From NCBI GenBank assembly GCA_938003685.1, contig CALKXT010000018.1, positions 4,921 through 68,920 of the forward strand: a DNA stretch of 64,000 nt. Direction: 5' to 3'. This document shows, piece after piece, positions 22,445-31,607 of the stretch (the stretch's first letter is position 1; each line of letters opens with the position of its first letter). Under the pieces are notes generated by a model. The model ran no database searches. It had not been told where the DNA came from and saw only the letters and a program-made list of their open reading frames with translations. The position numbers and the translations under genes are program-made. This stretch comes from an uncultured Sulfitobacter sp. Lineage in GTDB: Bacteria; Pseudomonadota; Alphaproteobacteria; Rhodobacterales; Rhodobacteraceae.

Positions 22445-22933
22445 ATGTCGTTTATTAAGCAACTCCTTGAAGAAACAATAAAAAGAGGTGTGATGCTGAC
22501 CTGCGCAGAAAGCTGTACAGGCGGCATGTTGGCTGCGACATTGACTGATTTACCCGGATCATCTGCCATGTTTGAACGTGGATTTGTCACCTATACCAAT
22601 GACGCAAAGATGGACATGTTGGGCGTACAGGCCGCTACGCTAGACGCATATGGCGCGGTGTCAGAACAAACCGCACATGAGATGGCGACGGGGGCGCTGG
22701 CCCATTCAAACGCGCAGATTGCAGTGTCAATCACCGGTATCGCGGGTCCGGGAGGATCAGATCATAAACCCGAAGGCCGCGTGTGTTTTGGGCTCGCCAT
22801 CGCAGGAAATGTCACAAGCCAGACCCAAGAGTTTGGCGCATTGGGTCGTGATCTCGTTCGTATCAAAGCACGCGATCATGCGCTGGCCCTCTTGCTGAGC
22901 GCCGTTCAAAAACTGCCCAATAAACAAGCATAG
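22445..22933 (+). CDS. cinA: CinA/PncC-family NMN deamidase
   Basis: AESCTGG, GAVSE, SITGIAGPGG. Confidence 0.88.
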   Translation: MSFIKQLLEETIKRGVMLTCAESCTGGMLAATLTDLPGSSAMFERGFVTYTNDAKMDMLGVQAATLDAYGAVSEQTAHEMATGALAHSNAQIAVSITGIAGPGGSDHKPEGRVCFGLAIAGNVTSQTQEFGALGRDLVRIKARDHALALLLSAVQKLPNKQA

Positions 22934-23009
22934 CGATTGAAACAGCGCAATTTTTTTACACATTTGTAGATTTGCCCAGATTTTAACCGCCTTGATCCTT
23001 TCATAAGCA
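22914..23009 (+). promoter_or_regulatory. candidate NtrC boxes upstream of amt
   Basis: TGC-N11-GCA at 22914-22930 and TGA-N11-GCA at 22993-23009. Confidence 0.4.
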
Positions 23010-23059
23010 GCACCCACAGGATTTGACCTTTCGGACCTTTAACGCCGGAGAAAGACCTG

Positions 23060-24241
23060 ATGAACGCTGCTGATACTGCTTGGATCATGACCGCCACCGC
23101 CCTCGTCTTGTTTATGACATTGCCCGGGTTGGCCCTATTTTATGGCGGCCTTGTCCGTTCTCGCAACGTGCTGAGCGTATTCATGCATTGCTATGCCATC
23201 GCCTGTCTGATGTCCGTGCTGTGGTTTTTAGTGGGCTATTCCATCGCTTTTGGCCCCAGTGATAGCGGGCTGTGGGGGGGATTATCAAAGGCTGGCCTGA
23301 ACGGTATCACAGCAGATAGCCTGTCAGGCACGCTGCCCGAAATCCTGTTCTTTGCCTTTCAAATGACATTCGCCATCATCACCCCCGCGTTGATCGTCGG
23401 TGCCTATGTAGAGCGGATCAACTTTGGCTTTATGCTGTTGTTTTCCGGTCTCTGGATGCTGCTGTGTTATGCACCCGTTGTGCATTGGGTCTGGGGTGGC
23501 GGTATATTGGCGGATGGCGGTATCTTTGGTGAGGTTGGCGTTAAGGATTTCGCGGGCGGCATCGTCGTACATGAAACCGCAGGTTTGGCGGCACTCATCC
23601 TTGCTGTTTTCCTTGGGCCACGCAAAAACAATCACACACCACCACACAACCCCGGTTTTGTGATGATCGGTGCCGCGATGCTGTGGGTTGGGTGGTTTGG
23701 CTTTAACGGTGGTTCGCAACTTGCCGCGGATGGTGGTGCGGCCATGGCGATCACGGTCACACATATCTCTGCGGCAACTGCATCGCTGACATGGGCGCTG
23801 TGGGAGCGGATTAAATTTGGCAAAGCGTCCCTTGTGGGTATCGTGACAGGCACCATTGCAGGTCTGGCATCCATCACGCCTGCATCTGGGTTCGTCGGTC
23901 CATGGGCGGCGCTCTTGATTGGTGCTGTGGCTGGCATCCTATGTCAGGAGGCCGTTTTGGTGATCCGCAACCGGTTCAAGATTGACGACACGTTGGACGT
24001 CTTTGCCGTACACGGTGTGGGCGGAATATTTGGCACGATCATGATCGCTGCTTTGGGGGCTGGCACGTGGACGGCGCAATTGGGATCGCTGGTGATTGTC
24101 GGTGTGTTCACGTCGGTCGTTACATTGGTGCTGATTGTGGTCTGCCGTGCGATCCTGCCAATCCGTGTGGACCTTGAGACAGAAACCAACGGCCTCGACC
24201 TAAGTGTGCATGGCGAACGCGCCTATGATATGAGCAGTTGA
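23060..24241 (+). CDS. amtB: ammonium transporter
   Basis: PGLALFYGGLVR, DFAGGIVVH, WFGFNGGS, DDTLDVFAVHG, GLD..HGE. Confidence 0.93.
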   Translation: MNAADTAWIMTATALVLFMTLPGLALFYGGLVRSRNVLSVFMHCYAIACLMSVLWFLVGYSIAFGPSDSGLWGGLSKAGLNGITADSLSGTLPEILFFAFQMTFAIITPALIVGAYVERINFGFMLLFSGLWMLLCYAPVVHWVWGGGILADGGIFGEVGVKDFAGGIVVHETAGLAALILAVFLGPRKNNHTPPHNPGFVMIGAAMLWVGWFGFNGGSQLAADGGAAMAITVTHISAATASLTWALWERIKFGKASLVGIVTGTIAGLASITPASGFVGPWAALLIGAVAGILCQEAVLVIRNRFKIDDTLDVFAVHGVGGIFGTIMIAALGAGTWTAQLGSLVIVGVFTSVVTLVLIVVCRAILPIRVDLETETNGLDLSVHGERAYDMSS

Positions 24242-25497
24242 TCCGTCAGGTCGCGCAGGGTGTCCCCTTGTGCGACCTGCCAAAGCGTATCAGCGCGGGT
24301 GTCACCCAGCACTGCAGCCCCTTTAGATTTTAGTTTCTCAGACCGTTGCTCCAGTGACATCGGCTCCAGCAGATCATGGCGAAACCGTCGCAAACCGCCA
24401 TTGTCCATTTTGACTGATATCTCAACTTGGGTTTCAGTCAGGCGCTCGTCTTCTGAGATTTTGATCTTTTCACGCATCGCCAGTACATCCACGTCAACGC
24501 AAATTGCATCGATAAAGCTGGCGATTGCACCTGTGTCGTGGCCCAGCAATGTCATCGCAGCCGTTTGAGCATAACTAAATTTTGCGGCCAACCCTGTTGT
24601 AGGTTCAGCGATATTGCACACCGACATCCATCGCGGATGGGTGCGGATATGAATAGATGCAACGTCATCAGGGCAAAAGCGTGCCTCACCGAACGCCTCA
24701 AGCATTGCGTGTAATCCGTGGCAACAGGCATGGAATTTATGGCTGATCGACGTGATGTGCCAATCCCCCTTGCCCGGCTTAACCTCTTCTTCTTGCCCAT
24801 GATGGGTTGGGCCAAAACCAAGTGGCCCCGCCAGACCATCATGCGCAGCCGTCATGCCCGATTGCGCCCACAACGTCGCCTCAACCCCGGTACGCGCGGC
24901 AAGTCCGGCGTTTAACGGTTTGCCCATGGTGCCAAACTGCGCCTTCAGCCCCGACGCCATTGAGGCGCACAGCCCAAGGGCATTGCGGATTTCATCAGGT
25001 TCAAGGCCCAACAACCGCGCAGATCCCAATGCCGCCCCAAACGCGCCCGCCGTGGCAGTTTGGTGATAGCCCACCTGATAATGCGCACGGCCCAGCCAAA
25101 TGCCCGTCAGGATTGATGCTTCAACACCAATGGTTGCCGCCTCAATCACCTCTTCAAGTGGCGCGTCAACTTCTTCAGCCAACGCCAAAACCGCTGGGAT
25201 CACCGCAACCGAAGGGTGTCCTATATGGGCAAAATGCGTATCGTCATAGTCAAGCGCGTGAGACAGAGTGCCATTAATCAACGCCGCTGTTGTTGCGGGT
25301 GCTGAGGTGCCCCCGATAACCGTCGCTGGCCCCTGCCCGCGTGCCAATTGTCCTGCGACAAAATCCGCAAAATCTGGTTCACGTGCGCCTGCAATACCGC
25401 AGGCTGCCCAATCAAACAGAGACAGCCGCATCATGGTGAGCGCATCTTTGGGAGGCGTCACACCTGCAAACTTAATCAACTGGTCCGTGATCGTCAT
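24223..25497 (-). CDS. MmgE/PrpD family protein
   Basis: NGTLSHALDYDDTH, HPS, GTMGKPLNAG, KFHACC. Confidence 0.88.
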   Translation of the reverse strand: MTITDQLIKFAGVTPPKDALTMMRLSLFDWAACGIAGAREPDFADFVAGQLARGQGPATVIGGTSAPATTAALINGTLSHALDYDDTHFAHIGHPSVAVIPAVLALAEEVDAPLEEVIEAATIGVEASILTGIWLGRAHYQVGYHQTATAGAFGAALGSARLLGLEPDEIRNALGLCASMASGLKAQFGTMGKPLNAGLAARTGVEATLWAQSGMTAAHDGLAGPLGFGPTHHGQEEEVKPGKGDWHITSISHKFHACCHGLHAMLEAFGEARFCPDDVASIHIRTHPRWMSVCNIAEPTTGLAAKFSYAQTAAMTLLGHDTGAIASFIDAICVDVDVLAMREKIKISEDERLTETQVEISVKMDNGGLRRFRHDLLEPMSLEQRSEKLKSKGAAVLGDTRADTLWQVAQGDTLRDLTDQLLIS

Positions 25498-25952
25498 GAC
25501 GCGGGGTGTGTTCCATATAGATCGGCTGCACGCACCTCAAAGGCGCGCACTACGCGGGTCATCGCCTCGTTAAAGACAACGCCGATGATCTTTTGCAGAA
25601 TTGCGTTCTTGAATTCAAAATCGACATCAAAATGCACATTGCATCCGGTGTCGGTGTCCTCAAACTTCCAATTGGACAGCATGTGTTTGAACGGGCCATC
25701 CAGATATTCGGTGTTGATTTTTTTCGTGTCGGGCCACAGCACAACGCGGCTGGTAAAGCGTTCGCGAAACACTTTGAAACTGATCACCAGATCGGCGTCC
25801 ATCACCCAATGATCGCCACGTTCCTCGTTAGAGCGGATGCGCGCAGCGGCGGTCCACGGCAGGAATTCGGGATATTTGCCCACGTCCGCCACCAGATCAT
25901 ACATCTGTTGTGCGGTGTAGGGCAGCGGCTTGATCTCAGAATGGGTAGGCAT
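25494..25952 (-). CDS. START-domain protein (Coq10/RatA family)
   Basis: MYDLVADV..YPEFLPW, GPFKHM..W, AFE.RA. Confidence 0.88.
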   Translation of the reverse strand: MPTHSEIKPLPYTAQQMYDLVADVGKYPEFLPWTAAARIRSNEERGDHWVMDADLVISFKVFRERFTSRVVLWPDTKKINTEYLDGPFKHMLSNWKFEDTDTGCNVHFDVDFEFKNAILQKIIGVVFNEAMTRVVRAFEVRAADLYGTHPAS

Positions 25953-26019
25953 TGATTTCCGTCGCAGTCAGCGTTAGCCCTATGTCACTGTTTCACCGTA
26001 CAAATTCAAGGGCAAAGCC

Positions 26020-26556
26020 ATGCCAGATCGCGCTTACGTTATTGACAACATGATCTCGGCCAAATCGATTGCCGCCCGGATTGAAGAATTGTGTCATGAA
26101 ATTCATGATGAATTCGAAGACACAAATAAACTGGTGGTTGTAGGGCTGTTGCGTGGGTCGTTTGTATTTATCGCTGATCTGGTACGCGAATTGGATCTGC
26201 CGATCGAGGTCGATTTCCTTGAGGCCTCTAGTTATGGGGACGGCATGGAAAGCAGTCGAGAAGTACGTATTCTCAAAGACTTACGTGGCGCAATTGAAGG
26301 GCGTGACGTGCTGCTGGTTGAGGACATTGTTGATACAGGACACACCCTGCATCATGTCACCAACCTGCTTAAATCACGTGGCCCTGCACGGCTGAAAACC
26401 ATTGCATTGCTCGATAAACCAACCCGTCGTGAGGTGGATATGAAAGCCGACTGGACCGGCTTTGAAATTCCTGATGAATTTGTTGTTGGCTACGGCATTG
26501 ATTTCGCCCAACGCAACCGAAACTTGCCATATATTGGCAAAGTGCGTTTCACATGA
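26020..26556 (+). CDS. hpt: hypoxanthine phosphoribosyltransferase
   Basis: [28 protein letters not shown]. Confidence 0.96.
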   Translation: MPDRAYVIDNMISAKSIAARIEELCHEIHDEFEDTNKLVVVGLLRGSFVFIADLVRELDLPIEVDFLEASSYGDGMESSREVRILKDLRGAIEGRDVLLVEDIVDTGHTLHHVTNLLKSRGPARLKTIALLDKPTRREVDMKADWTGFEIPDEFVVGYGIDFAQRNRNLPYIGKVRFT

Positions 26557-26726
26557 ACCCCAATTGGCTGTTTCGCATGTCGCGTTGGGCGCGCAACCCG
26601 CCTTCACCAACGCGGGTCAAGCTGGTGTTTGGTGTTATCGTTTTGGCGGCGTTGATCTGGGGCATCGAATGGATGGAATGGTGGCCGGATTGGGCCACAA
26701 TAGAACCGAGGCGGGGCAGGTTTTAA
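26553..26726 (+). CDS. small Trp-rich single-TM protein (57 aa), not in ORF track
   Basis: ATGA overlap with hpt stop; [57 protein letters not shown]. Confidence 0.7.
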   Translation: MNPNWLFRMSRWARNPPSPTRVKLVFGVIVLAALIWGIEWMEWWPDWATIEPRRGRF

Positions 26727-26793
26727 GATCACGTGATTGTTACACCATAGGTCCAACATCCTGTTACTTTCACCTCAAATCAGGGAGAAAAAG

Positions 26794-27270
26794 ATGAACA
26801 ACTTTTTGAAAATTCCATTTGGCTTAGGGCTTGGTATTGCAGTTGTTGCGACAGCCACATTTGCAGCAAGCCATTCAGGTAAGATCAGCAATAAAACCGT
26901 TGCCGCCCGTCATGCGCAGATGCAGATGATAAGTTATAACACGGGCCTACTGGGGGCTGTGGCCAAAGGCGAAGTTGAATTTAGTGCTGAAATGGTAAAT
27001 TCAGCGGCCACAAACCTAAATATTCTTGCAAAAATGGACGGTGCGACACTGTGGACATCAGGTACTGAGCAAGGTGCCGTGGATGGATCACGTGCCAAGG
27101 CCGAAATTTGGTCCGATGCGGCAGGCTTTGCTGATAAATTTGCCGCATTGGAAAAAGCCAGCGCCGCGATGATAGGTGCTGCTGATCAGGATGCGGTCAA
27201 GGCTGGGATGGGTGCAATTGGTGGATCGTGCAAGGCATGCCACGAAAGCTATCGCGGCCCCAAGAACTGA
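26794..27270 (+). CDS. class II cytochrome c (c'/c556-like)
   Basis: Signal peptide, C-terminal CKACH, AKAEIW; GGAG RBS. Confidence 0.9.
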   Translation: MNNFLKIPFGLGLGIAVVATATFAASHSGKISNKTVAARHAQMQMISYNTGLLGAVAKGEVEFSAEMVNSAATNLNILAKMDGATLWTSGTEQGAVDGSRAKAEIWSDAAGFADKFAALEKASAAMIGAADQDAVKAGMGAIGGSCKACHESYRGPKN

Positions 27271-27273
27271 TCC

Positions 27274-28164
27274 TTGCGTAGGGTTCTTACATCATTGGCG
27301 GTGTGTGCCGCCCTCGGCGCAGGTGGGTTTTACATCTTCACCGCGCCCGCCGCCCTAGAAGCGGACTATGCAAGTGACTTGAATGCTGATGTCAACGCGG
27401 GGCAATTGGTGTTTGCCGCAGGTGGTTGTGTATCGTGTCATGCGACACCAGGTGCCGAAGGCTCAGACAAGTTGGTGCTTGCAGGTGGCCTGCCTTTTGC
27501 CAGTGATTTCGGCACGTTCTACGCACCCAATATTTCCGCAGATACAACCCATGGCATCGGCGCTTGGAGTTTAGACAGTTTTGCGCTGGCTTTGACCAAA
27601 GGCGTATCACCACAGGGCAGTCATTATTATCCGGCCTTTCCCTATACCGCATACACGCATCTTGACCCACAAGATGTCTCAAACCTCTATGCCTATATGC
27701 AGAGCCTACCTGCCTCTGGCACACCCAGCAAGGCGCATGACGTGGGTTTTCCGTTTAACATTCGACGCGGATTGGGGCTTTGGAAATTGATGTTTCAATC
27801 TGATGAGTATGTGTTGCAGGGCAATCTGTCTGACACTGTCGCGCGCGGTCGGTATCTTGCCGAAGGGATGGCGCATTGCGGTGAATGCCACACACCACGC
27901 AACGGGCTTGGTGGGTTAAAGCACGACCAATGGCTGGCGGGCGCACCAAACCCGTCTGGCAAAGGGCGTATTCCAAACATCACACCGGCAAAGTTGGATT
28001 GGTCAGAAGCGGATTTGATCGAATATTTCACTTCTGGTTTCACACCCGATTACGACAGTGCAGGTGGTGAAATGGCCGAAGTGGTCAGCAACCTCTCGCA
28101 ATTGCCACAAAGTGACCGCGCCGCGATTGCTGCCTATCTCAAGGCGATCCCGCCTGTTGATTAA
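27274..28164 (+). CDS. membrane-anchored diheme cytochrome c (CycG-like)
   Basis: CVSCH and CGECH heme motifs, YYPAFPYT. Confidence 0.88.
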   Translation: MRRVLTSLAVCAALGAGGFYIFTAPAALEADYASDLNADVNAGQLVFAAGGCVSCHATPGAEGSDKLVLAGGLPFASDFGTFYAPNISADTTHGIGAWSLDSFALALTKGVSPQGSHYYPAFPYTAYTHLDPQDVSNLYAYMQSLPASGTPSKAHDVGFPFNIRRGLGLWKLMFQSDEYVLQGNLSDTVARGRYLAEGMAHCGECHTPRNGLGGLKHDQWLAGAPNPSGKGRIPNITPAKLDWSEADLIEYFTSGFTPDYDSAGGEMAEVVSNLSQLPQSDRAAIAAYLKAIPPVD

Positions 28165-28188
28165 CCCTGTTTGGCTATTGGCTAAAAC

Positions 28189-29142
28189 TTAAGACATTCC
28201 CAGCTTCTTATTTCGCGCCACGCGCAGTTGTGCGAAATCATCCCCTGCGTGATAGCTTGAGCGCGTCAATGGCGTTGCGGACACCATCAAGAACCCTTTG
28301 CCATATGCCGCCTTTTCATAGGCCGCAAATTCATCTGGATGCACAAAGCGATCCACACCGTGATGCTTTGGTGTGGGTTGCAAATATTGACCTATCGTCA
28401 GGAAATCGATGTCAGCCGCGCGCATGTCTTCCATGACCTGAATAACGGACTGACGGTCCTCGCCCAAGCCCACCATGATGCCAGATTTTGTGAACATCGA
28501 CGGGTCGAGTTCTTTTACCCTCTGCAAGAGGCGTAGCGAATGGAAATAGCGCGCACCGGGGCGCACTTCGGGGTAGAGTCCCGGCACAGTTTCAAGGTTG
28601 TGGTTGAACACATCTGGACGTGCTTCAACAACCACTTCCAAGACCGACGAATCACAGCGGATAAAATCGGGCGTCAGAATTTCGATGGTTGTGTCAGGTG
28701 ACCGCTTGCGAATGGCGCGGATGGTCTGCGCAAAATGCTCTGCTCCGCCGTCTTTAATATCGTCGCGATCAACAGACGTAATCACCACATGGTTCAAGCC
28801 CAGCTTGGCCACAGCGTCAGCCACGCGGCCCGGTTCAAACACATCAAGGTCTTCGGGCGGCTTACCCGTTGCGATGTTGCAAAACGTGCAGGCGCGGGTG
28901 CAGACTTCGCCCATGATCATCATCGTTGCATGGCCCTGCGACCAACATTCACCGACGTTGGGACATCCGGCCTCTTCGCACACCGTTACCAGCTTATTGT
29001 CACGCATGATCTTGGCCGTCTCAGCATACCCCTGACCGCCCGGTGCCTTCACCCTAATCCAGCTTGGTTTTTTGGGCTGGGCATTGTCAGGTTTACGCGC
29101 TTTTTCGGGATGGCGCTGTTCGGGGATTTTGAGATCACGCAT
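28189..29142 (-). CDS. lipA: lipoyl synthase
   Basis: [26 protein letters not shown]. Confidence 0.98.
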   Translation of the reverse strand: MRDLKIPEQRHPEKARKPDNAQPKKPSWIRVKAPGGQGYAETAKIMRDNKLVTVCEEAGCPNVGECWSQGHATMMIMGEVCTRACTFCNIATGKPPEDLDVFEPGRVADAVAKLGLNHVVITSVDRDDIKDGGAEHFAQTIRAIRKRSPDTTIEILTPDFIRCDSSVLEVVVEARPDVFNHNLETVPGLYPEVRPGARYFHSLRLLQRVKELDPSMFTKSGIMVGLGEDRQSVIQVMEDMRAADIDFLTIGQYLQPTPKHHGVDRFVHPDEFAAYEKAAYGKGFLMVSATPLTRSSYHAGDDFAQLRVARNKKLGMS

Positions 29143-29231
29143 GGCAAAAACCTTTGGCTGCTTTTCCTTTAAGTAACACATTTTACAGCTAACAAAAGAC
29201 CAGCCCCCGCATCTCAGCTATGCAGAGGCAA

Positions 29232-29687
29232 TTATTGCCACCAGCGCGCACCAATTTTGCGACGCAAGGTACCACCCACGCTCCAATGATCACGGGCGAT
29301 CATCAGTAAAAGTGCAATGAATGCCGCCATAACGGCCAAATCAATGACTTGATTCCGGTTGATGGGGAAACCCTTACCGTTGATCGCAAAGGGGTCAAAG
29401 AACCCCTCCCAACGTCTTGTCAGTGTATAAAAGTGCATCACAGCAAGCGCGCCGTAGCTGCCAAACCGAAATATTCCCAGCACCACCATTAGACACAGAA
29501 CAATCTGGACCCCACCCGCCAGATAAATTTGGCTCATGGACAGATCGACACCATCAAAGTTCTTAGCCAGAAATTGATATTGCTTGGGCGTAATCACCTT
29601 ATGCGCGGCCCACAAGAACATGAACCACGCCAAGCCCAAACGCAAAATCAATAGGGCAGCAGCATCGCGGCGATCTTGGGCAGACAT
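29232..29687 (-). CDS. DoxX-like membrane protein
   Basis: LILRLGLAWFMFLWAAHK pattern, hydrophobic helices; GGAGG RBS before ATG 29687. Confidence 0.55.
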   Translation of the reverse strand: MSAQDRRDAAALLILRLGLAWFMFLWAAHKVITPKQYQFLAKNFDGVDLSMSQIYLAGGVQIVLCLMVVLGIFRFGSYGALAVMHFYTLTRRWEGFFDPFAINGKGFPINRNQVIDLAVMAAFIALLLMIARDHWSVGGTLRRKIGARWWQ

Positions 29688-29876
29688 GAGGCAACCTCCT
29701 TGTTTTTGTGTGTTGATACTGCGCCGACCTTTACCTGCACAGAAGCAAAACCACAGCACACGCAAAGGTGAGCCAACCTCATCCCAATTCACCCTTTCTT
29801 AAATACCTTCCAACGTCACAAACATGCTCTGAACAGATGTGGGCATTACCTGTTCACGCACCTTGGTAAACGACAT

Positions 29877-31007
29877 TTACCCAATCATCGCGCCACCCGG
29901 CCCAATGGTTTCGTCATAATGCCGCTTGAGCCGCATAAGGGCGATGCGCAGTACAATTTTGCCAGACCGGGCCGACCACCCCAGCCGTTTCTCAGTTGTT
30001 TCCAACCCTTCAAGGTAACAACAACACCGTAAAACCACGTCCGACAATCCCGGCCCCAAATCAGCCAACGCTGATGCCACGCGCGCGCGCGCATCTACAG
30101 GTGCATCATTCTGTCGGCCCGATCTTGGCCCACTGCCTGTACCCGGTGTCAGAAAACGATCCCAGTTTTGAGTGACTTTCGCACCCATTTGTGCAAGTTC
30201 AAAGTCTTCGCGCAACCGCTCACCAGCATGGACTAATTCTTCACGTAGGAACGGTTTGCCGTTCTTGTCACGGCGCCGTGCCAAAGAAGCCAGCGGGCTC
30301 TCGGCCAGATTATATCGCACGCGCCGCGACGGTTCTGCCTCAGGATCATCGATTTCAGCGTCATCCGCACACCCGGTATGCGTGACACCAAACGGTGCCT
30401 GCACCTCTGCAAAACCACTAGCCTTTGCAGGTTTGCTTTCTTGTTCGCATAACATTTTATCCAGCGCTGCGCGCCCTGCGGTCGTGATATGGTATCGAAT
30501 GATCTGTCCGGCGTTTGACGGTGCAATCCATTCCTTGAGCGCCATCGCCTGTGCAATCGTGGAGGACACCACCGCTGTGCGGGTGCTGCCGCCACTGGCT
30601 GTGTCGCGCACAACCACTGCATTATCCATTTCTTGAGCAACCGCCAAAACGGCGCCCGTTTCACATAGCCGGCGTAGGATGCGCAGGGCTTCGCGCGCCA
30701 ATGTGGTTTCGTCAGGTAGAGCATTGAGTGTTGTATGGGCCATAGGCGCAGGTTCCTTGATTTCTACCGGAGCAGATCCGGATTGAGAGATATGCTGTGC
30801 CTGCCCAAGCTTTCGCAGTGCTGCATCGACAAGCGGATCATCACGCCGCGTTTCAATCCGGCGAATTTGACGCAGGATTGTAGAAGCATGGCAGCCAGCG
30901 GCGCGGGCAAGCGCACGAATCGGCTGCCCTTTTTCTGTATGAGCCAGATAATGGAGTGCGCCGACTGGGACCCAGCTGGGCATATTAGATATAACATCGG
31001 CCTTCAT
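29877..31007 (-). CDS. gafA: DUF6456 protein, GafA-like gene transfer agent activator
   Basis: N-terminal HTH (IRALARAAGCHASTILRQIRRIE), AESPL..LARR, C-terminal EGLE..E..LGWSARSGKIVLRIAL; located between lipA and guaA like R. capsulatus gafA; AGGAG RBS. Confidence 0.8.
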   Translation of the reverse strand: MKADVISNMPSWVPVGALHYLAHTEKGQPIRALARAAGCHASTILRQIRRIETRRDDPLVDAALRKLGQAQHISQSGSAPVEIKEPAPMAHTTLNALPDETTLAREALRILRRLCETGAVLAVAQEMDNAVVVRDTASGGSTRTAVVSSTIAQAMALKEWIAPSNAGQIIRYHITTAGRAALDKMLCEQESKPAKASGFAEVQAPFGVTHTGCADDAEIDDPEAEPSRRVRYNLAESPLASLARRRDKNGKPFLREELVHAGERLREDFELAQMGAKVTQNWDRFLTPGTGSGPRSGRQNDAPVDARARVASALADLGPGLSDVVLRCCCYLEGLETTEKRLGWSARSGKIVLRIALMRLKRHYDETIGPGGAMIG

Positions 31008-31036
31008 TCTCGGTTTTTTCTCCTTTTTGAGCGATC

Positions 31037-31057
31037 TTATCCGCAGAGTTATCCACA
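31037..31057 (+). promoter_or_regulatory. tandem DnaA-box-like sites
   Basis: TTATCCGCA (31037-31045) and perfect TTATCCACA (31049-31057). Confidence 0.5.
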
Positions 31058-31104
31058 CAACCTAGGGCAGATCAAATTGATCACCGCTCAAAATACATGC
31101 TTTG

Positions 31105-31119
31105 GTAAGCATTGTTTAT
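31105..31119. promoter_or_regulatory. degenerate CtrA box
   Basis: GTAA-N7-TTAT in the gafA divergent promoter region. Confidence 0.35.
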
Positions 31120-31246
31120 AAAAGATAAACAGTTGTGACAGCGGAGTTCGGAGGTCTACAATGCCACGCAACACCCGCCTTGGTTGTGCGATTGTGAGGG
31201 CAATAGGCGATTCTACGCCTTGATCTGCTTGTACAAAGGACCAGCC

Positions 31247-31558
31247 ATGCAAGACATCATTTCAATGCTTCACACGTTACACCGTCCCGCTCTGTTGATG
31301 CGTGCCGCACGTATCGGTGCCGAGGATTATCGCCGCAGCACGCATTTGCCACGGCTGTTGGGTTACGGGGTCTTGCCGCGCCATGGTGAAGCGTTGTTGA
31401 AATTGATGGAAATCGAGGCGGACTTGAACACACAACGTAAAACATCGGACGCAGGATATAGTCTGGTCCGACATGTCGACACTCTGATTGCGATGGTGGG
31501 CGAAGCGCGCGTATTAAGGGCTTCGCATTTGGCAGAGGTGCCAAAACAAGTTGAGTGA
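31247..31558 (+). CDS. DUF6477 protein (rcc01866-like partner of gafA)
   Basis: LHRPALLMRAARIG, GYSLVRHVDTLIAMVGE; divergent from gafA. Confidence 0.7.
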   Translation: MQDIISMLHTLHRPALLMRAARIGAEDYRRSTHLPRLLGYGVLPRHGEALLKLMEIEADLNTQRKTSDAGYSLVRHVDTLIAMVGEARVLRASHLAEVPKQVE

Positions 31559-31607
31559 CCCCGCATTTCCGCGAGATCACTCTGATCATTTAAATAAATA
31601 GCGACAT

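Noticed and set aside
25494-25952. RatA 'toxin' as a toxin-antitoxin system
   Set aside because: No RatB/antitoxin neighbour; the family is equivalent to Coq10 quinone-binding START proteins.
31008-31058. Extended N-terminus of gafA (and similar extensions of hfq, trkA, lipA, dusB, fabZ in the ORF track)
   Set aside because: Downstream start codons have better RBS placement and match typical family lengths.
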